Shown piece by piece: positions 29,003-38,559 of a stretch of DNA of 64,000 nucleotides (the first letter of the stretch is position 1; each line of letters opens with the position of its first letter). The notes beneath the pieces were generated by a model that saw only the letters and a list, made by a program, of their open reading frames with translations, did not search any database and was not told the origin of the DNA. A program made the translations under genes and the position numbers. The stretch is taken from the NCBI GenBank assembly GCA_964384555.1, contig CAYLLA010000002.1:1659-65658 (forward strand), in the 5' to 3' direction. This DNA comes from an uncultured Ruminococcus sp. (GTDB lineage Bacteria; Bacillota; Clostridia; Oscillospirales; CAG-272).

Positions 29003-30724
29003 ATGCATCAGGCATTATATCGCAAATACCGCCCGCGCACATTTGATGACATGTGCGGGCAGGAGCATATCACGCGCGTGCTTAAATATGAGATAGCGCA
29101 GGGTCAGATAAGCCATGCATATCTGTTTTGCGGCTCGCGCGGAACAGGCAAGACCACATCGGCCAAAATACTGGCGCGTGCGGTAAACTGCCAAAGCCCG
29201 GTGGATGGCAGTCCTTGCGGCAAGTGCGATGCATGCCGCCTTATTGCCTCCGGTGGCGAGACTGATATCCTTGAGATGGATGCCGCCTCAAACAATAAGG
29301 TAGACGATATCCGTGCCATTCTTGATGAGGTGGTGTATACTCCCTCAAGTCTCAAATATCGCGTTTATATTATCGACGAGGTGCATATGCTCTCGCAAAG
29401 TGCGTTTAACGCTCTGCTCAAAACGCTTGAGGAGCCGCCCGCGCATGTAATATTCATTTTGGCTACCACCGAGCTGCAAAAGCTCCCATCAACTATAATC
29501 TCCCGCTGTCAGCGTTTTGATTTCAGGCGCATATCCGTGCCGGTGCTGACATCACGGCTTGAATATATCGCGGGGCAGGAGGGAATAGCCCTGGAGCATG
29601 ATGCCGCACTCATGCTGGCGCGATTGGCGCAGGGCGGCATGCGTGATGCCATCAGCCTACTTGAGCTTTGTGCCGGCGGGCGCGAGCGAGTGACCCCCGC
29701 TGTGGTCAATGATGCGGTGGGATCTACAGGGCGCGCAAGCGTTTCCCGCACCGTGCGCGCATTGGCGGCGCGTGATGCGGCAACGCTGTTTGATATAGTT
29801 TTTGAAACAGATGCATCCGCCAAGGACATAACCGTTTTTTGGAGTGAGCTCATATCCTATTATCGCGATATGCTTGTGACCAAAACAGGTGTTGATGCGG
29901 CAAAATATCTTGACCTTACCGAGGCAGAGGGAGAGGAACTTCTCCGCGATGCGGCACTTTTTACCCGCGAGACATTGCTCTATCACAGCCGCCTGCTTGA
30001 CGAGGCGTATCTTTCAATGCAGCGCGCCGGAGCTATCCGCCGTTCCGTTGCCGAAATGACACTCCTGCGCATGGCGGACGAGCGGCTCGATACCCGCCCC
30101 GAGGCTTTGCTTTCCCGTATTGCGGCGCTTGAAAATACACTGGCGGGCATTCCCATGACCCTGCCGCTGGTTAATGACGAATACCCTGTGGCGGATAACT
30201 CACCTACTCTCGGTTTTAACGGCAATACACCCACACCGGTCGTGAGAGCGCCCGAGCCCGAGACGATAGACCGCGCACCGTGGGAGGAGGTGCCCGCGGC
30301 GGAGTCCGCACCTGCGCCCGCCCCGGATGTCTCTGTGCAAATGCCTGCACAGCCTACCCGGCCAACACAGCCAATACAGCCTACACAGGATGCAAGATCC
30401 GCCCGCAAGCCGGTGCGCAGCTTTGCCGAGATAGCGGAGCGCGTGGCAGAGGCTGACCGCGGTCTTGGCGGCTTTGTACGCAAGTGCCGCGCGTATTCGG
30501 AGGCTGATGACTCGCTGACCATCTATTGCGAGACCCAGTTTACCAAAAATCTGCTGGCGCGGGAAAAGAGCCTTGGTATTTTAGCCACAGCCGCATCTGC
30601 GGTGCTTGGCCGCCGCCTTACCCCGCAAAGCATCAAGGTCGAGGTCCTGCCCGCCTCGGATGACCCGGATGCGGCCGCATTGCTTGACGATGAGCTGTCG
30701 GCTCTGGCATCCGAAAACAGATAA
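29003..30724 (+). CDS. dnaX: DNA polymerase III subunit gamma/tau
   Basis: MHQALYRKYRPRTFDDMCGQEHI, GSRGTGKTT, and the zinc module CGKCDAC. The ATG at 29003 follows GGGAGG. Confidence 0.95.
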   Translation: MHQALYRKYRPRTFDDMCGQEHITRVLKYEIAQGQISHAYLFCGSRGTGKTTSAKILARAVNCQSPVDGSPCGKCDACRLIASGGETDILEMDAASNNKVDDIRAILDEVVYTPSSLKYRVYIIDEVHMLSQSAFNALLKTLEEPPAHVIFILATTELQKLPSTIISRCQRFDFRRISVPVLTSRLEYIAGQEGIALEHDAALMLARLAQGGMRDAISLLELCAGGRERVTPAVVNDAVGSTGRASVSRTVRALAARDAATLFDIVFETDASAKDITVFWSELISYYRDMLVTKTGVDAAKYLDLTEAEGEELLRDAALFTRETLLYHSRLLDEAYLSMQRAGAIRRSVAEMTLLRMADERLDTRPEALLSRIAALENTLAGIPMTLPLVNDEYPVADNSPTLGFNGNTPTPVVRAPEPETIDRAPWEEVPAAESAPAPAPDVSVQMPAQPTRPTQPIQPTQDARSARKPVRSFAEIAERVAEADRGLGGFVRKCRAYSEADDSLTIYCETQFTKNLLAREKSLGILATAASAVLGRRLTPQSIKVEVLPASDDPDAAALLDDELSALASENR

Positions 30725-30814
30725 ATAAAAAACGAAGGTACAGTCTGTTTTTTAGCGATATACCGCGGCGAGCCGCGTGTTCGCAATGCTCGCGCAGGAG
30801 GCGCATAAAAGATC

Positions 30815-31258
30815 ATGAAAAGCATAAAACCCGGGCGCGGTCCGTCATTTAAGGGTGGGCTTATGTCTGTGCTTGTGGCACTTTTTGGCGTGTTTTGGAT
30901 AATCGCCGCATGTGCCATGGGCGGATGGTTCATGGCTCCGTTTGGGCTGATATTTGTTGCCGTCTCGGTGATAGAAGCAGTATATAACTTTAAAAACGCC
31001 ACTCGTGAAAACAGATATTCCGAGTTTGATATCACCGACGGCACGGAAGAACCCGACCCGCTGAATGTACGCTTTGGCGGCGGCAACGCCAATATCGATG
31101 CAGATATAGACTGCCGCAGCCACAGCACCGGGACCGTCGCAAATATAAATAATAAAAATAAAAATAACGATAAAACCAACAATTTTTGCCCGTATTGCGG
31201 TAACGCGGTCGAGGGAGACTACGCCTATTGCAATAACTGCGGCAAAAAACTGCCGTGA
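30815..31258 (+). CDS. Small membrane protein with a C-terminal zinc ribbon
   Basis: Two TM segments, an Asn-rich linker, and CPYCGN...CNNCG. Confidence 0.5.
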   Translation: MKSIKPGRGPSFKGGLMSVLVALFGVFWIIAACAMGGWFMAPFGLIFVAVSVIEAVYNFKNATRENRYSEFDITDGTEEPDPLNVRFGGGNANIDADIDCRSHSTGTVANINNKNKNNDKTNNFCPYCGNAVEGDYAYCNNCGKKLP

Positions 31259-31277
31259 GCAGTGAAAGGACAGAAAA

Positions 31278-31640
31278 ATGAAAGCAAGAATACCCAAGGG
31301 CGTTGGTGGGGGCGGTCCTGCCAATATGAACGCGCTGATGCGCCAGTATGAGAAGTTCCAAAACGATATGGCCGCGCTGACTGAGGAGCTTGAGGCTCGC
31401 GAGTATGAAGTATCCGCGGGCGGCGGCGCGGTTAAGGTCAAAATGAACGGCAAAAAAGAGCTTGTGGCCATCGAGATGGCACCCGAGGTCGTTGATCCGG
31501 ATGATACCGAAACTCTCTCCGATATTCTTATTGCCGCAGTCAACGAGGCGATAAGAAAGGTTGAGTCTGTGTACGATGAAGAAACACAGGCGCTTACCGC
31601 GCGCTCGGGTCTTCCCAGCGCCGGCGGGCTTGGATTTTAA
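31278..31640 (+). CDS. ybaB: YbaB/EbfC nucleoid-associated protein
   Basis: NMNALMRQYEKFQNDM...GGGAVKVKMNG, with conserved dnaX-ybaB-recR synteny. Confidence 0.9.
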   Translation: MKARIPKGVGGGGPANMNALMRQYEKFQNDMAALTEELEAREYEVSAGGGAVKVKMNGKKELVAIEMAPEVVDPDDTETLSDILIAAVNEAIRKVESVYDEETQALTARSGLPSAGGLGF

Positions 31641-31643
31641 AGC

Positions 31644-32243
31644 ATGGCCGATTATATTGCATCCCTTGAGGTGCTGGCCGAGCAATTTGCACGGCTGTCG
31701 GGAATTGGCAAGCGCACGGCAATGCGGCTGGCGTTCTCAGTCGTGGATATGAGCCGCGAGGAGGCAGAGGCCTTTGCCCATGCTATAATCGAGGCGAAGG
31801 ATAGGATCCACCTTTGCCCGATATGCCAAAACCTTACCGATCTTGACGTCTGCCCCATATGCGCCGATGCCACGCGTGATCACAGCACCATTTGCGTGGT
31901 GCAGGATACCAAGGCCGTTATGTCTATGGAGCGCGTGCGCGAGTATCGCGGGACTTACCATGTCCTGCACGGCGCACTTTCGCCTGTCAACGGCATCACG
32001 CCGGATAAGCTTCGCCTACGCGAGCTGATGGAGCGTATAGGTACAAACGATATCGAGGAGATCATAATCGCCACCAACCCTACAGTCGAGGGTGAGGCGA
32101 CCGCCATGTACATAGCAAGGCTGCTAAAGCCGTTGGGCATCAAGACCACACGGCTGGCATACGGCATTCCCGTTGGCGGCGAGCTTGAATATGCCGATGA
32201 GGTCACGCTCTCCCGCGCACTTGAGGGGCGGCGGGATATCTGA
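31644..32243 (+). CDS. recR: Recombination protein RecR
   Basis: Helix-hairpin-helix N-terminus, C4 zinc finger CPICQNL...CPIC, and a Toprim domain. Confidence 0.95.
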   Translation: MADYIASLEVLAEQFARLSGIGKRTAMRLAFSVVDMSREEAEAFAHAIIEAKDRIHLCPICQNLTDLDVCPICADATRDHSTICVVQDTKAVMSMERVREYRGTYHVLHGALSPVNGITPDKLRLRELMERIGTNDIEEIIIATNPTVEGEATAMYIARLLKPLGIKTTRLAYGIPVGGELEYADEVTLSRALEGRRDI

Positions 32244-32401
32244 CGCGGCAAGCTTTGACTGATCGGTATATCCGCAAAGGAAATATTATTTTAAAACAGA
32301 TACCCCGCGGTTTTGATGCGAGTTTTGCACCAAAGCCGCGGGGCGTTTTTTGTTTATTCTTTATAGGCTCTGTTTTTATATCTGATACGGTGGATATAAG
32401 A

Positions 32402-33676
32402 TCATCTGCGCTTGCCCGTGTTGGGACGGCGGGAGTCTGTTGCGCCGCTGGTGATGTCCCCGGCGCGGGTCAGTGCCATCTTTGTCAGCATAGGACCAAC
32501 AAGCTCGTATATCAGCACGCCAAAAAGTACTATGTTTCTAATTATCGCGCCCTCCTCGCCCAGTGCGCCAACAGTTACCGACATGCCAAGTGCCACGCCG
32601 GCCTGCGGGAGCAGGGTAATGCCAAGGTTTTGAACAATACTGCGGTCACAGCCCATAAGCTCACTGCTCCATTTAGCTCCGAATATCTTACCTGCGGAGC
32701 GGGAGATGATATAAGCTATGCCAATGCCCACAACGGCAAGGTCGGCAAATACGCTAAGCTCAAGCTCTGCACCGCTGAGTACAAAGAAAAGAATGAACAG
32801 AGGGCCTGTCCACGCATCGGCACGCTCCATGATCTCCTCCGAAAAGTCGCATATGTTGCAAAAAACGGTGGCTACCATCATGCATACCAAAAGGCTGGAA
32901 AAGCCGATGTGTACACTGCCAATGTCAAATTCAAGCTTTGAGAGCGCAACCGAGAGTATCACCACGGTCACGGCCAGCGACAAACGTTTGCTCTTGGAGT
33001 GGAAAAAGCGCTCAAAGATAGAGAAGAGATAGCCCACGATAAAGCCGAGCAACAGGGAGAGCACTATCTCAAGTATGGGGTTGACTATTATTGAAACAAG
33101 GTCAAAGCTGCCGGTGCTTATCGCTTTGGCAATTCCAAAGGAGACGGCAAACACAACAAGGCCCACGGCATCATCAAGCGCCACTATCGGGAGCAGTATG
33201 TCCGTCAGCTTGCCGCGCGCCTTGTACTGGCGCACGACCATAAGGGTGGCGGCGGGTGCGGTGGCCGTTGCTATTGCACCAAGCGTTATGCAGGTGGAGA
33301 CGGGCAGCTTGTCGCCAAGGAAAATGTGCATCACGAGCAGTGTTACATCAACGAACAGGGTCGCTACCAAGGCTTGGATAACGCCTATCACTACCGCCTG
33401 CTTGCCTATGTGGCGAAGCTCGCGAAGCCTGAATTCATTGCCTATCGAAAAGGCTATAAAGCCCAGGGCAACATCGCTGATAAGCCCCAATGCCGAAACG
33501 GCGGCGGTGGAGGTAAAGCCTATCCCCTCTATTCCCAGTCTGCCGAGGCAGTAAGGGCCAACAAGAATACCGGCAACAAGATACGCAGTTACCGCGGGGA
33601 GCTTTAAAAGCTTTGCGCCGCGCGAGAGCATAAGTCCGGCAATAAGTGCTATTGAAATACTTAAAAGAGTGGTCAT
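32402..33676 (-). CDS. Cation:proton antiporter (CPA family)
   Basis: MTTLLSISIALIAGLMLSRGAKLLKLPAVTAYLVAGILVGP; polytopic membrane protein. Confidence 0.75.
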   Translation of the reverse strand: MTTLLSISIALIAGLMLSRGAKLLKLPAVTAYLVAGILVGPYCLGRLGIEGIGFTSTAAVSALGLISDVALGFIAFSIGNEFRLRELRHIGKQAVVIGVIQALVATLFVDVTLLVMHIFLGDKLPVSTCITLGAIATATAPAATLMVVRQYKARGKLTDILLPIVALDDAVGLVVFAVSFGIAKAISTGSFDLVSIIVNPILEIVLSLLLGFIVGYLFSIFERFFHSKSKRLSLAVTVVILSVALSKLEFDIGSVHIGFSSLLVCMMVATVFCNICDFSEEIMERADAWTGPLFILFFVLSGAELELSVFADLAVVGIGIAYIISRSAGKIFGAKWSSELMGCDRSIVQNLGITLLPQAGVALGMSVTVGALGEEGAIIRNIVLFGVLIYELVGPMLTKMALTRAGDITSGATDSRRPNTGKRR

Positions 33677-33806
33677 TTTATCTTTGTCCTTTCGATCATC
33701 ATTGCCACAAGTGCATAGTATACCACACAACGGCGTGTTTGTCAAGCCGAAAAAATCATCAAAAAAAGGGTGGCAATTGTGCTTGCCACCCGCCGTTTTG
33801 CCGGTT

Positions 33807-34493
33807 TTACGGTTCGCCGTAAAGCAGGGTAAAGGTGCTGTAATGATCGTCGGTGTAATATATTAGACCATCGTTTGAAAAAACTATTCGTTTTGCTCCG
33901 CGCGCGGTGGCACCAAGCGTGTCAATATCGCACTCGGTGTATGTACGGCCGGACTTTTTGGGCAGCACTCCCTCATAGTTACCAAACCTGTCGCCGCCAA
34001 TGCATTTGCCGGGCGCGTAGGATTCAAGCCCGCCGCTTGACCAGCCAAGCTTTCGTGCCTCGGTTTTGGTTATAAAGTTGCCGGGCAGGCGACCGTACTG
34101 GTGAATGTACAGGGCAACGTCATCGCGGTGGGTGTAGCTGCCGTTGCGGTCAAGCTTTTGTTCGGTCTCCGGAGCTTTTGTAGTCTCGGGGGACTTTGTG
34201 GTCTCCGGAGCTTTGGCGGTTTCGAGTGCTTTGGTTGTCTCGGGCGTTTTTGTAGTTTCCGGCGTTTTTGATGTATCGTCCGGTAGCCCCTCCGTGCCCG
34301 GCGCGGCCGTGCTTTGCGGCAGGGAGAGGGAGGAGGATGCGGGAGTGCCCGAGGACTCGCCCGGTAGCTCGTCGCCGTCGGTTATAAGTTCCGGGAAAAA
34401 GAAGAATACTATCGCGGCCAAAAGCAGCAGTGCCGCACCAAGCAGCAGCTTTTTGGTCTTTGCGTTAAGGGGGAATATCGATCCTTTTTTCAT
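33807..34493 (-). CDS. Membrane-anchored barnase-family ribonuclease with a PETTK-repeat stalk
   Basis: The C-terminal 110 aa align by eye to barnase: LPGNFITKTEARKLGW, GGDRFGNYEGVLP, RTYTECDID (catalytic Glu), ARGAKRIVF, TDDHYSTF (catalytic His). The N-terminus has one TM segment. Confidence 0.85.
   Translation of the reverse strand: MKKGSIFPLNAKTKKLLLGAALLLLAAIVFFFFPELITDGDELPGESSGTPASSSLSLPQSTAAPGTEGLPDDTSKTPETTKTPETTKALETAKAPETTKSPETTKAPETEQKLDRNGSYTHRDDVALYIHQYGRLPGNFITKTEARKLGWSSGGLESYAPGKCIGGDRFGNYEGVLPKKSGRTYTECDIDTLGATARGAKRIVFSNDGLIYYTDDHYSTFTLLYGEP
34161..34268 (-). repeat. In-frame 18-nt tandem repeats encoding (T/A/S)PETTK x6
   Basis: TPETTKTPETTKALETAKAPETTKSPETTKAPET. This is the same unit found in the 950-aa lipoprotein at 55780-56103. 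Confidence 0.85.
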
Positions 34494-34780
34494 TTTATCG
34501 CATTACTTTCACTAAAAAAGTGTCCTTTCTCGGCGGTAGGGCAGGGGACTGTTCAGCCCGCCCCCGCACCGCGCGATCCTTGATATTATATATATTATAT
34601 ATAATTGTAGCACATAATGCCGCCAATGTCAATGCCGAGGGAGTTTACTCTTGGGGAATATCATAATACGCCAAAAAATTGTTAAAAATCTGTGCTCGTG
34701 TAGACATCCCCAGCAAGATATGCTATAATATGACCAAGATCAAACTGCCGTCTGTGCAGGCAAGTGAGGAGGCTTCCATC

Positions 34781-34990
34781 ATGTTGGTTCTCGGTGTAAA
34801 CAAAATACAAAATATATGTCAGGTGATCTCGGGCGGAATACGACATTCCTGCCCGATGAAAGAAATAAACGGTGAGCTGTGCTTTATCTTTAAAAATGCA
34901 TGGCACCCGGTAGCAAAATATCTGTCCGAACATACCGAGGAGCTGGTTCGAGAATCGGGAAAGGTCATCTCAAGGCCATTTGGAAAATAA
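34781..34990 (+). CDS. Hypothetical 69-aa protein
   Basis: The ATG lies 8 nt after GAGGAGG. No recognisable motif. Confidence 0.3.
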   Translation: MLVLGVNKIQNICQVISGGIRHSCPMKEINGELCFIFKNAWHPVAKYLSEHTEELVRESGKVISRPFGK

Positions 34991-35034
34991 CACGGATGAG
35001 GTGACCACGATATAAGAGAGACATTGTATCGATA

Positions 35035-36273
35035 TCATATCGTCCATGCGGGAATTACAAGGACATCCTTGTTTAATGCCGTAAAGCTTTCCTTTAGGCA
35101 CAAAATACCACCCATGCCTGTAGGAACAGCGGATCTCGTGAGCACACTGAAATTGCTTACCATGGAGAGGGTCGCCGTTGCCGCTTTTTTTATCTCAAGC
35201 GGGTGCAGCAAGCCATCGCTTTCGATAATAAGATCGATCTCCTTTGTGTCTTTATCCCTGTAGTAATGTAGGTAGCATTCGATTCCTGCATTCAGATATG
35301 TTTTTCGTATCTCTGATACGATATAATTTTCAAGTATCGCACCGTTGATCGAACCGTTGGCAAGAATTTCGGGGGAACTGTAGCGAGTAAGATATGCCAC
35401 AAGCCCCGTATCAAAGAAATACATCTTTGGGATCTTCACGGTCCGTTTTAAAAGGTTGTTGGAATAGGGTCTCAAATAAAAGATGATATCCGATCTTTCA
35501 AGGACTCCCAGCCAGCGTGCGGCCGTATCATCGGCAATGCCGACGTCCGAGGCGATAGCATGCACGTTCAGTTGTTGCCCCGCACGGCATGCCGCGGCCC
35601 GTATAAAATCGTGAAAACGGATCTTATCGACTCTGTCGATCATCTCGCTTACATCTCGCTCTAAATAAGTCTGCAGATAGCTTGAATAAAACACATCGCG
35701 ATCTGTATATTTGCCGCTTATATGCCCCGGCATCGTGCCTTTAAAAACACGCTCAAACATGCCGTTGACGTCCGTTTGAACACGTTCTTTCGATCTTTTT
35801 GTTATCTCATCGACCGAAACAGAAAATGGCCTGTTTTCGCCCGAGCCGTAGAATTCGTTTTGAGAAATAGAGCTTAAATGTAAAAGCGCCACTCTGCCGG
35901 CCAAGGATTCCTGCGCAAGTTGCATGAGCTTAAATGCTTGCGAACCGGTCAGCCAATAGCTGCCCGCAGGTGCACCGTTGTCAATTTTTATTTTGATGTA
36001 TGGAAACAGTTCGGGCGCATATTGAATTTCGTCTATCAGCACGGGTGCGGGGTGCATGGCTAAAAACATTTCGGGATCGGTTTTAGCCAAGGCTCTTTCG
36101 TTGAGATCGTCCAAGGTCACTTCATTGCGGTCCGATCCCATGATGTGCCTAAGCATCGTGGACTTTCCAACTTGGCGGGGGCCGCTTACCAATATACAGG
36201 AGTACTCCTTTGAAAGAGAAAGCACCAAGCCCTCCATATTCCGCTTAATATATTTATCAGAATTCATATCCAA
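35035..36273 (-). CDS. AAA ATPase with a DUF4143-like C-terminal domain
   Basis: Walker A SGPRQVGKST and Walker B LIDEIQ. The architecture is that of the AAA_14/DUF4143 family (from memory). AT-richer segment. Confidence 0.65.
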   Translation of the reverse strand: MDMNSDKYIKRNMEGLVLSLSKEYSCILVSGPRQVGKSTMLRHIMGSDRNEVTLDDLNERALAKTDPEMFLAMHPAPVLIDEIQYAPELFPYIKIKIDNGAPAGSYWLTGSQAFKLMQLAQESLAGRVALLHLSSISQNEFYGSGENRPFSVSVDEITKRSKERVQTDVNGMFERVFKGTMPGHISGKYTDRDVFYSSYLQTYLERDVSEMIDRVDKIRFHDFIRAAACRAGQQLNVHAIASDVGIADDTAARWLGVLERSDIIFYLRPYSNNLLKRTVKIPKMYFFDTGLVAYLTRYSSPEILANGSINGAILENYIVSEIRKTYLNAGIECYLHYYRDKDTKEIDLIIESDGLLHPLEIKKAATATLSMVSNFSVLTRSAVPTGMGGILCLKESFTALNKDVLVIPAWTI

Positions 36274-36366
36274 ATCTCCTGCCTCCTATCATTAAATCGG
36301 CTAAAATTCGATGCAATCTTATTTTAGCCGATTTTTTGGACTTTGTCAAGAGCTTTGACAATATTT

Positions 36367-36960
36367 TTATAATTCCATCAATATCGCGCGGCATGGAGAG
36401 CCCTCGGCGCCTGCAATATCAAGCGGCGCGGCGTTTAATAAATAAACCCCCTCGGCAATGTCTGCAAGGCATATGCCCTCAAGCAGTACCACATCTGCGC
36501 CGAGCAGTGCAAGGTGAACTGCCATAGGTGACTCGGGCGGTCCTACCGTTTGCCCCTCGTTGCCCAAAAGCAGCAGACCCTCTGCGGCAAATACCCGCGC
36601 CGCCTCAAGCGAGACCTCAACATCCCCTCGCAACAGTATCCGCCGCACCGCTTCGTCATCCCGCGCCCGCGCACGCGCCACTATCACTGCGGCATCATCG
36701 GCGGTGATAATGCCGGTATGCTCCGCCACATATGCCGCCCCAACAAATGCATCGAGAGGGATCTCGTCTATCGTCCTGCCGCCTTTAATAAAATGGCGCG
36801 GTGCATCTATGTGAGTGCCGTTGTGCGCGCACATATAGAGCGCTGATAGCTCATACGCCGCGCCCGCATCGATGGACGAAAGCACCTCGCGCCGCGGCTT
36901 CGGGTCGCCGGGGTATACCCTGCACCCCAACACCTCTTGTGAAATATCGTATATTTTCAT
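36367..36960 (-). CDS. Cyclase-family protein (kynurenine formamidase-like)
   Basis: HNGTHIDAPRH signature. Confidence 0.7.
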   Translation of the reverse strand: MKIYDISQEVLGCRVYPGDPKPRREVLSSIDAGAAYELSALYMCAHNGTHIDAPRHFIKGGRTIDEIPLDAFVGAAYVAEHTGIITADDAAVIVARARARDDEAVRRILLRGDVEVSLEAARVFAAEGLLLLGNEGQTVGPPESPMAVHLALLGADVVLLEGICLADIAEGVYLLNAAPLDIAGAEGSPCRAILMEL

Positions 36961-37103
36961 TTTTGACCTCCGGGTGCGATCCTATCGCAGCCATGGCTCC
37001 ATTATATCATAGATCACATTACTTTTCAACTTAAAAAGCTTGTTGCCGTGGTCAAAAATGACATCACATCGTTGGGTTGGCCCACATCAGTGGTGCCTGA
37101 GGC

Positions 37104-37141
37104 ACAAATAAAAGATCCGAAAGCCTCGGCTTTCGGATCTT
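37104..37141 (-). terminator. Terminator after tRNA-Gln
   Basis: Stem aagatccgaaagc / gctttcggatctt, then ttatttg on the minus strand. Confidence 0.8.
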
Positions 37142-37215
37142 TGGCTGGGATGGCCGGATTCGGACCGACGAATGCAGGAGTCAAAGTCCTGTGCCTTACC
37201 GCTTGGCGACATCCC
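37142..37215 (-). tRNA. tRNA-Gln (anticodon TTG), CCA encoded
   Basis: GGGATGTCGCCAAGCGGTAAGGCACAGGACTTTGACTCCTGCATTCGTCGGTCCGAATCCGGCCATCCCAGCCA. The 7-bp acceptor stem, anticodon loop CTTTGAC and T-loop GTCCGAATC are all present. Confidence 0.92.
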
Positions 37216-37231
37216 AATAAATGACCATATT

Positions 37232-37260
37232 ATTTTATCATATTTGCGCGGATATGTCAA
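37232..37260 (-). promoter_or_regulatory. Promoter of tRNA-Gln
   Basis: On the minus strand: TTGACA (37260-37255), 17-nt spacer, TAAAAT (37237-37232). Confidence 0.7.
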
Positions 37261-37328
37261 TACCTTTTTTCCGAAAGTTGCATTTTTTGCGCTCGAACAG
37301 CAGGACGCCCGCGCTGGGCGTCCTTACT

Positions 37329-38546
37329 TTATTCGATAATATCGTACATCCGCATCAGCTCTATGCGCTCGTGGCCGAGCTTTATCGAGCCGGAGGCACT
37401 GTTGTTCTTCTTGTCGGATCGTTTTTCCCCGGCATAGTGGCAGATGCGTTGCATCCACGCCACAGGCAACAGCCAGTGGTGCCGTTTTAGGTATTGGTAC
37501 CGCCCCTCAAGGTAGCGGCGGGGAGGGAAGACCGAGCGGAGCAGTCCGCTTTTTTTGCCGCGGCGGTTTGACCTTACCGCGTTCAGCGTGACGGTGGAGG
37601 AGTGCAGCCGCGTGTAGTCGTTAGAGCCGAATATTCCGCCGCTCAGCGTGTCATGCAGCAACGGCTCAACGTCGATATCCGCACCCCAAGGATCGGATAG
37701 CGCAAAGTCAATGCCCAGCACATCCCGCGCTATCTTAAAGGCGGCATCGGCAAAGGTCGCGGCGTGGACCTCGGCGCACTGAAAGCGCAAAAGCGGCCAG
37801 TCGATCTCGTCAAAATAATTTTTTGCCCAAAGACCAATGTCGCAAAACTGGCGCAGGCCTATCCCGCAGGCCACAAAATGCTTGTACGCGTGCAGGATGA
37901 GATAAAGCAGGTGCTCGTGCGGCGGCAGGGATAAAAAGCCGTCCGCCTCCACAGCTCGCTCGCGCGCGTTGGCAAAAAAGGAATTAAGATCGTCGTGCGC
38001 ATCCTCGGATGAGTCAAACAGACGGCGGTGAAGCTCGATGTAAAGCGGCGTGCCGGCCTTGCGGTAGGAGACCTCGTCGGCGGTGGCAAGCGAGTCATCC
38101 GGCGTGTCGGTGGTAAGACCGAGCGACAGCAAAAGCTCGTGGCAGGCAAAAAACTCATCGTCGGAGATAAGCATGTCATCGTCGGCACTTATGCGGTGGT
38201 CGCGCAGGGGATAAAGCCTGTCGCAAAGCTGCCCCTTGATCATGATGGGGTGAAGCCCCGCCTCCCGCAGCGCGCGGTAGACAGAGGCAAATTCCGCCGA
38301 GCGAACAGTCTGCCCCACGACCTGCGCGATAACTTGCTTTTTTGTGATGGCAAACAGCTCGGCATCCTCACCCGCCACCGGCAACCGCCGCAGATGCTCA
38401 AATATAAACGGTAACAGCTTTTGCTGATCCGCCAGCTTAAATAACGCGGGGAAGGAATCGTACTCCCCGGGAGCATTATCCGGATGCTTTCCGAATATCG
38501 AGTTCATGATAGCCATCAGATCGCGCTCGTATTGGTTAAAGATCAT
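37329..38546 (-). CDS. Uncharacterised nucleotidyltransferase-family protein (NTP_transf_5-like)
   Basis: Last gene of the polysaccharide operon. Family recalled from overall sequence character only. Confidence 0.45.
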   Translation of the reverse strand: MIFNQYERDLMAIMNSIFGKHPDNAPGEYDSFPALFKLADQQKLLPFIFEHLRRLPVAGEDAELFAITKKQVIAQVVGQTVRSAEFASVYRALREAGLHPIMIKGQLCDRLYPLRDHRISADDDMLISDDEFFACHELLLSLGLTTDTPDDSLATADEVSYRKAGTPLYIELHRRLFDSSEDAHDDLNSFFANARERAVEADGFLSLPPHEHLLYLILHAYKHFVACGIGLRQFCDIGLWAKNYFDEIDWPLLRFQCAEVHAATFADAAFKIARDVLGIDFALSDPWGADIDVEPLLHDTLSGGIFGSNDYTRLHSSTVTLNAVRSNRRGKKSGLLRSVFPPRRYLEGRYQYLKRHHWLLPVAWMQRICHYAGEKRSDKKNNSASGSIKLGHERIELMRMYDIIE

Positions 38547-38559
38547 ACATAGTACCTTT

